DNA of 64,000 nt from Candidatus Yonathbacteria bacterium (GTDB lineage: Bacteria; Patescibacteriota; Minisyncoccia; Phycocordibacterales; UBA1550): NCBI GenBank assembly GCA_016215205.1, contig JACRKU010000013.1, positions 29,016 through 93,015 on the forward strand, in the 5' to 3' direction. The notes under the pieces were generated by a model. That model was given only the letters and a program-made list of their open reading frames with translations, did not search any database and was not told the origin of the DNA. Below, piece after piece: positions 18,593 to 26,794 of the stretch. The position numbers and the translations under genes were made by a program. The stretch's first letter is position 1. Each line of letters opens with the position of its first letter.

Positions 18593-20035
18593 ATGAACTT
18601 TCTAAAAACAAAACGAGAAGAAACAAGAGAAGATATTTTTGGTATTAAAGTTGCAGACCCGTACCGCTGGCTTGAAGATGTAAAAAATCCAGAGGTTAAA
18701 GAGTGGATTGATGCACAAAATACTCACACCGATAATACTCTTCGAAATGAAACATTTGAGACTTTTTCTCGTGAGCTTGTGAAAAATTTTAAAGTCACTA
18801 CTTTTTCAAATCCTGTCCCAATTAAAGGGAGATACTTTTACTATGAGCGACAGCCAGATGAAGACCAAGATGCTTTTTATATGAAAATTGGTATAGACGG
18901 CGAACCCATAAAGCTTGTTGACCCGAACGGCATGAATTATGGTAATACAGTTTCTCTGGATTTTTGTTTTCCGTCTCGGACGGGAAAATATCTCGCATAC
19001 GGTCTTTCTCAAAGGGGGGGGGATGAAATGCCAACTATACATATTAAGGACACTGGCACAAACAAAGACCTTGGTTACAAAATCCCTCGTTGTAAAACTG
19101 CTAATGTAAGATGGCTCCCGGATGACTCAGGTTTTTTCTATAAACGAAACCACGCTGTTGGTGATGTTCCGCAAAACGAAGAGCATCTGCATACGAAAGT
19201 ATATTTTCATAAACTTGGCGATGATCCAATGCCGGATGACTATGCAGTCAAACAAGAATGGTATACATCAAAAGATAGCACACGCGTTCCAATGTTCATT
19301 TTTCATCGCAAGGATATCGCCCATGACGTGGCGCATCCTACCATTCTTTATGGGTATGGTGGTTTTGGAAGAGTTGAAAGCCCCAATTTTAAAAGAGGTT
19401 TTGTGCCATGGATAGAGCGTGGAGGTATTTTTGCAGTAGTGAATATCCGTGGTGGCGGTGAGTTTGGCGAGGTCTGGCACAATAGAGCTACTAAAGAAAA
19501 AAAGCAAAACAGTTTTGACGATTTTATTTCTGCAGGAGAATATTTAGTAGAACAAGGATATACTAGCGCGGAGCATCTAGGAATTTTTGGGGGAAGTAAT
19601 GGCGGACTCCTTGTGTCCGCAGTAGCAGTCCAAAGGCCAGATTTATTTAAGGCGGTGTGCTCCCGCGTACCACTCACTGATATGGCGCGTTTTCCGAAGT
19701 TCGGTATGGCTTTACGCTGGGTTCACGAATACGGTAATCCCGAAAATGAAGTGGATTTGAAAAATATATTAAAATGGAGTCCTTATCACAATGTAAAAGA
19801 GGGAACAGAATACCCAGCCTTTTTGTTTACCACTGCGGAGAAAGATGCGCGTGTCGACCCGCTTCATGCGCGCAAAATGGCCGCGATACTTCAGTCGGTG
19901 AACAAGAAAAACGAGATTTTTCTTTTTACGGAAAAAGAAGCGGGACATGGAAAAGGTAAACCTATTAAAAAAATTGTGGAAAGCCAAGCTCTAACGTTGG
20001 CATTCTTTGTTAAGAAATTAGGACTACGCATCTAG
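18593..20035 (+). CDS. Prolyl oligopeptidase (S9A) with shortened beta-propeller
   Basis: DPYRWLE, YGYGGF, NIRGGGEFG, GGSNGG (Ser), DARV (Asp), AGHG (His); only 480 aa. Confidence 0.92.
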   Translation: MNFLKTKREETREDIFGIKVADPYRWLEDVKNPEVKEWIDAQNTHTDNTLRNETFETFSRELVKNFKVTTFSNPVPIKGRYFYYERQPDEDQDAFYMKIGIDGEPIKLVDPNGMNYGNTVSLDFCFPSRTGKYLAYGLSQRGGDEMPTIHIKDTGTNKDLGYKIPRCKTANVRWLPDDSGFFYKRNHAVGDVPQNEEHLHTKVYFHKLGDDPMPDDYAVKQEWYTSKDSTRVPMFIFHRKDIAHDVAHPTILYGYGGFGRVESPNFKRGFVPWIERGGIFAVVNIRGGGEFGEVWHNRATKEKKQNSFDDFISAGEYLVEQGYTSAEHLGIFGGSNGGLLVSAVAVQRPDLFKAVCSRVPLTDMARFPKFGMALRWVHEYGNPENEVDLKNILKWSPYHNVKEGTEYPAFLFTTAEKDARVDPLHARKMAAILQSVNKKNEIFLFTEKEAGHGKGKPIKKIVESQALTLAFFVKKLGLRI

Positions 20036-20100
20036 ATATTCAAATGTCCTTGGCCTATTGGATTAGCAGGACAAGGGGTTTTTGAGTTATAATCATCTCA

Positions 20101-20625
20101 ATGAACCTTACGAATAACTATAAAGGCCACGCCGGTGTCGAGTATATTTTTGAATATTCTGATGCTGATTCTTTTGATGATTTGAATTTTAATAAGTGCA
20201 CTCAAGTATACGGAGTTTGTTTTTATGGCGATAAAATTGTAATAGGCTTTGGCGGCGCAAAGAAAAGCTGGGGACTAATCGGCGGGACAATTGAAAGAGG
20301 GGAAACGTTTGCGCAAACACTTGTGAGAGAAATACAGGAAGAATCAAATATGAAAGTGATGTCATTCTTGCCAATAGGATATCAGAAAGTTATAGATACA
20401 CGCGATGATAGTTTTTACTATCAGCTTCGCTATGTTTGCCTCGTACAACCCTACGGACCTTTTGTATCTGACCCAGCTCTCTCAGTAACAGAGATAAAAT
20501 TCATAGACCCCAAAGAATACAAGCAGTATTTTGACTGGGGGAGCATAGGTGACAGAATAATAGAAAGAGCATTAGAATTAAAGCATAAACTCAATTACGT
20601 GGGACTTGACAAAAAGCTGAAATAG
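20101..20625 (+). CDS. NUDIX hydrolase
   Basis: GGTIERGETFAQTLVREIQEES Nudix box. Confidence 0.88.
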   Translation: MNLTNNYKGHAGVEYIFEYSDADSFDDLNFNKCTQVYGVCFYGDKIVIGFGGAKKSWGLIGGTIERGETFAQTLVREIQEESNMKVMSFLPIGYQKVIDTRDDSFYYQLRYVCLVQPYGPFVSDPALSVTEIKFIDPKEYKQYFDWGSIGDRIIERALELKHKLNYVGLDKKLK

Positions 20626-20673
20626 TGTACACTTGATATAGTAATTTCACTCACCCAAAAGGAGCTCTTTGTT

Positions 20674-21087
20674 ATGAATATGGCGATTGTGAAGCAGTAT
20701 CTGAAGAATGCTTTTCGGGTTGTAGCCGTACTGACGATTGCCGCCCTCAGTATGATTATCGGCGACAAGTTTCAGCCGGTCACCTATTTAGGACTGACTG
20801 CGGATTATCTGCATCAGACGGAGGTGAAAAAGACGGTCGTTCACAAAACGTCGCCCGTAAAGGTTGCCGATAAGGTTACCAAAAAGGGAGAGACTCAGAC
20901 GTCGCAGAAAGACGTGCTCTGGGAACATGTCGGGAAGCTCAAGGGCGAATATGTGGTGAAAGACGGAGACACGCTGTGGAACATTGCGCGAAAGCACGAT
21001 GTTTCGCCGAAGAAACTCCTTCTCGCAAACAACATGACACGCGACACCAAATTGCGCCCCGGCCAGCTGATCACAATTCCAAACTGA
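20674..21087 (+). CDS. Membrane-anchored/secreted LysM protein
   Basis: N-terminal hydrophobic segment; YVVKDGDTLWNIARKH..L..AN..LRPGQLITIP; AAGGAG SD; TTGACA(20606)-17-TACACT promoter. Confidence 0.9.
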   Translation: MNMAIVKQYLKNAFRVVAVLTIAALSMIIGDKFQPVTYLGLTADYLHQTEVKKTVVHKTSPVKVADKVTKKGETQTSQKDVLWEHVGKLKGEYVVKDGDTLWNIARKHDVSPKKLLLANNMTRDTKLRPGQLITIPN

Positions 21088-21107
21088 TACAAGCATATGT
21101 ATTTCTT

Positions 21108-21148
21108 ATACACGGAACCGTAAGTATGGTTCCGTGTATTTTCTTTTT
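21108..21148 (+). terminator. Terminator hairpin
   Basis: ATACACGGAACCGTA-ag-TATGGTTCCGTGTAT + T-tract. Confidence 0.8.
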
Positions 21149-21267
21149 GTTAAACTCTGGCAATAGACGTTTGCGTTAATGTAGATTATATGTTACGATG
21201 CAGTCAGTTTTTAAGTGTTCTTTTCAATTGGCACATCGTGCCCGTAAACTAAGGGGAGAAAGCAGTA

Positions 21268-21432
21268 ATGAATGACAATATTGACAAACACATGGAAGTA
21301 GAGGTGGGAGCGTTTTGCCCCGTTGATTTTACTCCACTTATCGGAAAGCGAGACCACTGTGGGAAACCATGCACAAACATTGGTACCTCCTCCGACCAGG
21401 ACAAGAAAAATAAAGAAGACACAATAGATTAA
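21268..21432 (+). CDS. 54-aa Cys/His small protein (absent from ORF track)
   Basis: MNDNIDKHMEVEVGAFCPVDFTPLIGKRDHCGKPCTNIGTSSDQDKKNKEDTID*; SD AAGGGGAG; terminator CCTCGCGCAT..ATGCGCGGGG-T8 at about 21458-21489. Confidence 0.6.
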   Translation: MNDNIDKHMEVEVGAFCPVDFTPLIGKRDHCGKPCTNIGTSSDQDKKNKEDTID

Positions 21433-21559
21433 TATCCTGTGTTTTCATTCATTTCAGCCTCGCGCATTACGATGCGCGGGGTTTTTTTTCTTTTCTCCTT
21501 ACTATGCGTGGCGCCCTTGCGCACTTTTACAATTTGTGGAAATAGATTAAAATAAGTTT

Positions 21560-21985
21560 ATGGTAGTCAATTTGATTTTTATATCGGCAATTTTATTTTT
21601 CAGCATCTTATTTGTTCTCGGTGTTCACAAAGACATCCGAGACCGCAAGCGAGTTGAGATGCTCATAAAGAATACGAAAGTGTCGAACGAGCGTTTGCGA
21701 ACAATGGAAGGACAGAAAATGGAGTTTGCATCTATTGCAGTGCATCAGTTACGCGCGCCACTCGCGGTTATAAAAGGGTATGCCTCAATGATTCTTGAGG
21801 GGACATTTGGCGCTATTTCCGACCCTGCGCGCGACGCGGTGGAGAAGCTTTATAAATCGAGCGAAAAAGTTGTTGCATCGGTCGAGGACCTGCTTGCTCT
21901 ATCGAGTAGCGATAGAGCGGACTTCGACCAAGGCGCGTGGATGACGGATGAGCCTCAGAATACAGCAAATCGCGAAGGTTCATAA
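21560..21985 (+). CDS. TM + HisKA (DHp) protein lacking ATPase domain
   Basis: H-box EFASIAVHQLRAPLAVIKGY; ends about 20 aa after DHp. Confidence 0.8.
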   Translation: MVVNLIFISAILFFSILFVLGVHKDIRDRKRVEMLIKNTKVSNERLRTMEGQKMEFASIAVHQLRAPLAVIKGYASMILEGTFGAISDPARDAVEKLYKSSEKVVASVEDLLALSSSDRADFDQGAWMTDEPQNTANREGS

Positions 21986-22036
21986 GAAGAACCTATCTAA
22001 GTGAAATTTGAGCAAAAAGAATGATATACTTATTTC

Positions 22037-23272
22037 ATGATTGGCAGCATATTTGATATTATCAACAACATCTCGCTTGCAGGATTGGGGGTTGTAATAA
22101 GCAGTTTTTTTGCAGCTCTACTTTGTGGGGTTATTTTTTGGCAAGATGTAACAAAACAGAGGAGCTTGCTCCTCTTTCTTTTTGGAATCGTTAACGCCTT
22201 GGCGGCGCTTGCTTACGCATTTTTGGGAGATTCACTGGGCACTTCTGTCGCCTATGCGGGAATGATAATGCTCTATATCGCTTCTAGTGTTGCGCCGGTG
22301 TTTCTTTTTGTAAAATATAATTTGGGGGATATTAAAATCATAGCGATTGAATTATTTATTTCAATAACAGTGCTTGTGCTCGCCGTGGAACTTTTTTTTG
22401 CGGACTCGCTTCTTGATCTGTTTATCAAAACGGGGATTACGGTTCTTGTTGTTTTTGCAAGTTCATTTTTGGTGCGGAGTGTAAAGCGCGAGATACAGTC
22501 CCAAGATCAAATTGCGTGTTTCTCGCATAACCTAGACATTACGCGCGAGCGATTGCGAATTCTCGACAAGAAAAAATCAGAGTTTATTTCCATTGTAGCG
22601 CGTGATTTACTCGGACCACTGACCGCAATAAATGGCTACGCCTCCACGCTCGCAAGAGGGTCCTTTGGCGAGCTTTCAAGACCGATACAAGAGGCAGTTG
22701 AAAAAATCTTTATCTCAAGCGGACACCTTGTTGCCGTGGTTTCTGATTTTGTGGATATTTTACGCATTGAAAGTGGAGACATGAAATACAATTTTACCGA
22801 TGTAGATATGAAGAAACTCGTACTCAGTGTAGCAAACGAGACGAAGAGGGTTGCAGACAGCGCACATTTGACATTTAACACAACAATTGATGACAGCGCG
22901 CCTCTCAGACAATTTATAACAGTGGGCGATGAAAACAAATTGCGACAAGTTATTTTGAACCTTATTGATAATTCCATAAAATATACGCCTCACGGAGAAG
23001 TTTCACTGCTCCTCCGCGAAAGTCCCGATAAGAAAAAAATTCTTTTTAGTCTGTCGGACACGGGGATAGGGATGAGTCCGTCAACGCTCGGAAAAATCTT
23101 TAGAAAATTTAGCCGTGCCGAACAGGTAAACACGGTATATACTGAAAGTATCAGTCTAGGTCTCTACGTCGCAAAAGAGATCGTGGATAAGCACGCGGGC
23201 AGGATTTGGGCGGAATCAAAGGGGGAGGGAATGGGGTCAACGTTTTTTGTAGAGCTTGCGGCAAAGCCATAA
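22037..23272 (+). CDS. Multi-TM sensor histidine kinase-like protein lacking the phospho-accepting His
   Basis: H-box reads SIVARDLLGPL; N box NLIDNSIKYT, G1 DTGIG, F box IFRKF, degenerate G2 SISLGL, GSTF. Confidence 0.88.
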   Translation: MIGSIFDIINNISLAGLGVVISSFFAALLCGVIFWQDVTKQRSLLLFLFGIVNALAALAYAFLGDSLGTSVAYAGMIMLYIASSVAPVFLFVKYNLGDIKIIAIELFISITVLVLAVELFFADSLLDLFIKTGITVLVVFASSFLVRSVKREIQSQDQIACFSHNLDITRERLRILDKKKSEFISIVARDLLGPLTAINGYASTLARGSFGELSRPIQEAVEKIFISSGHLVAVVSDFVDILRIESGDMKYNFTDVDMKKLVLSVANETKRVADSAHLTFNTTIDDSAPLRQFITVGDENKLRQVILNLIDNSIKYTPHGEVSLLLRESPDKKKILFSLSDTGIGMSPSTLGKIFRKFSRAEQVNTVYTESISLGLYVAKEIVDKHAGRIWAESKGEGMGSTFFVELAAKP

Positions 23273-23326
23273 AAACCTTGTCAAATGGTGCTTTTTGGTG
23301 TATTGTGCGTCAGTGCTATCGTATTT

Positions 23327-23345
23327 TGGGAGATCGTCGTATGGT
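23327..23345 (+). pseudogene. 5' fragment of tRNA-Gln
   Basis: TGGGAGATCGTCGTATGGT, 17/19 identical to the 5' end of the intact tRNA. Confidence 0.75.
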
Positions 23346-23417
23346 GGGAATGAAAAATGAAGCAGTTCATTTTTCATCCGGTTTCGTGAGAAAATTGCCG
23401 TTGTTTTTGTTTTAAGC

Positions 23418-23488
23418 TGGGAGATCGTCTAATGGTAGGACAGCGGCCTTTGAAGCCGTGAATCTAAGTTCGATTCTTAGTCTCCCAG
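23418..23488 (+). tRNA. tRNA-Gln (TTG), no encoded CCA
   Basis: Acceptor TGGGAGA/TCTCCCA, anticodon arm GCGGC-CTTTGAA-GCCGT, T arm CTAAG-TTCGATT-CTTAG. Confidence 0.96.
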
Positions 23489-23515
23489 CTTAAAACAAAA
23501 ACCGGCAATAGGCGA

Positions 23516-23558
23516 GCCTTTGAAGCCGTCAATCTTGGTTCGATTCCAAGCCTCCCAG
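23516..23558 (+). pseudogene. 3' half of a second tRNA-Gln allele
   Basis: GCCTTTGAAGCCGTC-AAT-CTTGG-TTCGATT-CCAAG-CCTCCCAG. Confidence 0.85.
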
Positions 23559-23600
23559 CAATGAATATAAACCACCGATAGAAAGTGATAGGATTCTTTT

Positions 23601-23906
23601 ATGAAGAAGAGTAATTACAGAGTTGGCGCCAAGGTGTGGATTTATCCGAGCGAAACTGCGCAGTGGCACTTTGTGAATGTTCCCAAAAAGGAATCAATAG
23701 AAATTACTAAGAATTTTGGTGGAGTTTTGCGCGGGTGGGGTTCGCTTCCCGTATCTGTAACAATTGGAAAGACAACATGGATTACATCAATTTTTTCGGA
23801 CAAAAGATCAGGTTGTTATCTTTTACCAATTAAGTCTAAGGTGAGGGAAAAAGAAGGAATTCTAGTAGACGACAATATTGTCTTTACTTTTAAAATTTTC
23901 CCATAA
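23601..23906 (+). CDS. DUF1905-family protein
   Basis: WHFVNVP, RGWGSLPV.VTIG..W.TSIF, YLLPIK..VR. Confidence 0.8.
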   Translation: MKKSNYRVGAKVWIYPSETAQWHFVNVPKKESIEITKNFGGVLRGWGSLPVSVTIGKTTWITSIFSDKRSGCYLLPIKSKVREKEGILVDDNIVFTFKIFP

Positions 23907-23974
23907 AGATACACTGATATATAGCCCCAAAATGTTCCAATCCCCCCCCTTATACCCCCGCCAAGCTCAAAAGC

Positions 23975-24003
23975 TTGACATTAAAACCAAGGTAGTGTAG
24001 GAT
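23975..24003 (+). promoter_or_regulatory. Strong sigma70 promoter
   Basis: TTGACA-17nt-TAGGAT; leader hairpin AATCGACCA/TGGTCGATT follows. Confidence 0.7.
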
Positions 24004-24097
24004 ACCCCAATCGACCAATTCTCTGGTCGATTTCATTTTTTGCCATCTGGCAAGACAGTGAATGTTCTTTCAACTCAACTACACGGAGAATTACACG

Positions 24098-24391
24098 ATG
24101 AACAATCGCAAGACTGGTACGCAGAAGAAAGCCATGCTCCCCATCACGATCAACGGCTCCAAGGCCGCGATCGACGCCTCCACCATCCCTGCGAACAAGT
24201 GGTACCACTGCCACGGCCAGACCAAGGCCGGCGTCCAGGTGAACAGCCTGCAAGCCTCCTTCGTTGGTGATTCGGTCATCGTCAAGCGCCACGACGGCTT
24301 CGAAACTTCGTTCGATGCCAACGAGTTCGAGATCCTGGCGGCGAAGTACAACGAAGCCCGCGATGCGGCGAACAAGGCGCTGTTGGCCTAA
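24098..24391 (+). CDS. Hypothetical 97-aa protein with atypical C/G-ending codon usage
   Basis: GGAG SD before ATG 24098; own promoter and terminator (AAAGACGGTCC..GGACCGTCTTT about 24425-24457). Confidence 0.75.
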   Translation: MNNRKTGTQKKAMLPITINGSKAAIDASTIPANKWYHCHGQTKAGVQVNSLQASFVGDSVIVKRHDGFETSFDANEFEILAAKYNEARDAANKALLA

Positions 24392-24508
24392 GCCGGAAGC
24401 AGTCATCATTTTGTAGTAAGTAGCAAAGACGGTCCCGTAAAAAGGACCGTCTTTTTTCTGTCTTTTTTCTTGCAAAATTTTAGGTGGAATTGATATACTG
24501 GCATATAT

Positions 24509-24904
24509 ATGTCACACATCACAAATATACTCAAAGAGACTGTCGAGAATACCAATTTTAGAAAAGTGCTTTTCACCGGCGCACGAAGCCAACTTGTGGC
24601 GATGGATATTCCATCAGGCGGTGAAATAGGAGAGGAGATACATCATAACGTAGAACAAACTCTTTTTTTCTTGAGTGGCACAGGGAAAGCGATTCTCGAC
24701 GGGAAAGAAAGTTCAATCGGCGCCGGAGACGTCGTGGTTGTGACACCTGGCACGAAACATAATTTCAAAAATGACGGAATTGATTCGCTCAAAGTTTATA
24801 CCGTGTATGCACCTCCAAATCACATTGATGGACGGATTCACGCCACAAAAGCCGATGCAGACAAAGACGATGCCGACGAAGCGTACGGCGAGGCCGTAAA
24901 ATAG
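24509..24904 (+). CDS. Cupin domain protein
   Basis: GEEIH..EQ, G..VVV.PGTKHN, YAPPNH. Confidence 0.92.
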   Translation: MSHITNILKETVENTNFRKVLFTGARSQLVAMDIPSGGEIGEEIHHNVEQTLFFLSGTGKAILDGKESSIGAGDVVVVTPGTKHNFKNDGIDSLKVYTVYAPPNHIDGRIHATKADADKDDADEAYGEAVK

Positions 24905-24962
24905 CGCCGCAAGTTCTTATTGAAGTTTGAGCGGAATCTTGATAAGATATTGTCCATATCAT

Positions 24963-25514
24963 ATGGTATACGATTTTTCAGGATTTAAGAAAAAAACAGG
25001 CTGGATTGCCGAACATTTGAGCAAAGAGCTTTCCGCTATTCACACAGGGCGCGCGTCCGCAGCGATACTTGACGGTATTTTTATCGAGTCGTACGGCGCC
25101 GCGCTCGCGGTTCAGCATGTGGCAACTATCGCAAGCGAAGATGCGCGTACGCTCCGTATCGTGCCGTGGGAAAAAGCGAACGGCAAAGAAATTGAAAAAG
25201 CAATCAACGCCGCAAACCTTGGCGTTTCCGTATCCACGGATGATGCCGGGCTCCGCGTCTTTTTCCCGCCGCTTACTACCGAGCGTCGAGTTTCTTTTAC
25301 AAAAATCGTGCGCGACAAAGTAGAATCCGCGCGCGTGACACTAAAGAGCGCGCGCGAGCAAACAAAGAATTCCATCATTGAGACGGAGAAGGGCGGCGAG
25401 ATGAGTGAAGATGAAAAAACTCGCGCGCTCGAAGATCTTCAAAAGTTTGTCGATGAGGCAAACAATAACCTCGAGTCTATCGGGGAGAAAAAAGAAAAAG
25501 AAATAATGGGCTAA
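24963..25514 (+). CDS. frr: Ribosome recycling factor
   Basis: IHTGRA, I.PW, IEKAI, PPLTTERR, KEKEIM. Confidence 0.96.
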   Translation: MVYDFSGFKKKTGWIAEHLSKELSAIHTGRASAAILDGIFIESYGAALAVQHVATIASEDARTLRIVPWEKANGKEIEKAINAANLGVSVSTDDAGLRVFFPPLTTERRVSFTKIVRDKVESARVTLKSAREQTKNSIIETEKGGEMSEDEKTRALEDLQKFVDEANNNLESIGEKKEKEIMG

Positions 25515-25568
25515 AACATTCTGCGGAGCTCCGCAGAATGTTCGCCCGAACATTTGTAATCAAATGTT
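25515..25568. repeat. Compound palindrome
   Basis: Perfect 28-bp palindrome AACATTCTGCGGAGCTCCGCAGAATGTT, then AACATTTG-taat-CAAATGTT. Confidence 0.8.
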
Positions 25569-25606
25569 TTAGGGAGAGTAATTCGCTCTGTTTTAACACT
25601 ATCTAG

Positions 25607-26701
25607 ATGAGTATTATTTTATTTATAATTATCCTTGGCGCGCTTATTCTCGTGCACGAGCTGGGGCATTTTATTGCCGCAAAACGCGCGGGCGTGCGTG
25701 TCGATGAATTCGGCATTGGTTTCCCGCCTCGTCTCTGGAAGAAAAAAGTGGGTGAGACAGTGTACTCCATCAATGCGTTTCCTGTTGGCGGATTTGTGAA
25801 AATTTTCGGCGAGGACCCAAGCGAAGAATCTTTGAAAGGAAAGGATTCTTCGCGAAGTTTGACCCACAAAAAGCGCATTGTGCAGGCGTGGATTATTGCT
25901 GCCGGAGTTGTTTTTAATCTGCTTTTTGCGTGGTTGCTCGTTAGTTTTGGGTTTATGGTAGGGCTTCCATATTCGGCAGACGACTCCATAAACGGCGCGC
26001 GCGTGCAAAATCCAAGTCTTACCATTACGCAGGTCGTGCCTTTGTCGCCCGCGAAAATTGCGGGCCTAAAAGGCGGCGACATTATCATGCGCCTTTCTTC
26101 GGGCGCGGACAATCTTAGTAATCCAAAAGTAGAAACAACGCAAAAGTTCATCGCTTCGCATGAGGAAATCGAACTTGCCTTTATCCGCGGAGCCGAAGAA
26201 AAGACTGTTGTGATGCGCGGAATAGACGGGGCCATTGACGGCCGCCGCGCTATCGGCATCTCTATGGATATCGTTGGCACATTAAAGCTACCCATTCACG
26301 AAGCGCTGTATATGGGCATGAAAACAACCGCTTCCATCACCGCCGCGATGGCTGTGGGCATCTTGGAATTTTTTAAAAATATATTTATTGGACAAGCGGA
26401 CTTAAAAGATATTTCCGGTCCTGTGGGGATTGTTGGTATTGTTAGTGACGCGTCAACATTGGGTTTTATACATTTGCTCTCGCTCACCGCGATTATTTCG
26501 ATTAATCTCGTTATTATAAATTTACTGCCGTTTCCTGCGCTCGACGGCGGGCGGCTTTTGTTTTTGCTCATTGAGGCGATAAAACGTTCGCCCATAAAAC
26601 CCGCAGTCGCAAACGCCACCAACGGAATTGGTTTCCTCATCCTCATTGCGTTCATGGTGTTTATTACTTTTAATGATGTGATGAAGTTAATTCAATGGTA
26701 G
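25607..26701 (+). CDS. rseP: RIP metalloprotease RseP (M50, PDZ)
   Basis: HELGH, AGVVFN, NLLPFPALDGG. Confidence 0.96.
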   Translation: MSIILFIIILGALILVHELGHFIAAKRAGVRVDEFGIGFPPRLWKKKVGETVYSINAFPVGGFVKIFGEDPSEESLKGKDSSRSLTHKKRIVQAWIIAAGVVFNLLFAWLLVSFGFMVGLPYSADDSINGARVQNPSLTITQVVPLSPAKIAGLKGGDIIMRLSSGADNLSNPKVETTQKFIASHEEIELAFIRGAEEKTVVMRGIDGAIDGRRAIGISMDIVGTLKLPIHEALYMGMKTTASITAAMAVGILEFFKNIFIGQADLKDISGPVGIVGIVSDASTLGFIHLLSLTAIISINLVIINLLPFPALDGGRLLFLLIEAIKRSPIKPAVANATNGIGFLILIAFMVFITFNDVMKLIQW

Positions 26702-26794
26702 AGGGCGACTACTTTCGACATTTTAAGCGCAAACAGTCAACCTATTTGGTACTGTATGGTTTTTAAGGTAAGATACAGAGACTACAAGATACAT

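Noticed and set aside
23346-23515. Group I or canonical anticodon-loop tRNA intron
   Set aside because: The break is in the D arm, no group I core is recognisable, and the rejoined tRNA would have a defective anticodon stem.
23981-24475. 164-aa minus-strand ORF
   Set aside because: Promoter, SD and terminator all point to the + strand ORF at 24098-24391.
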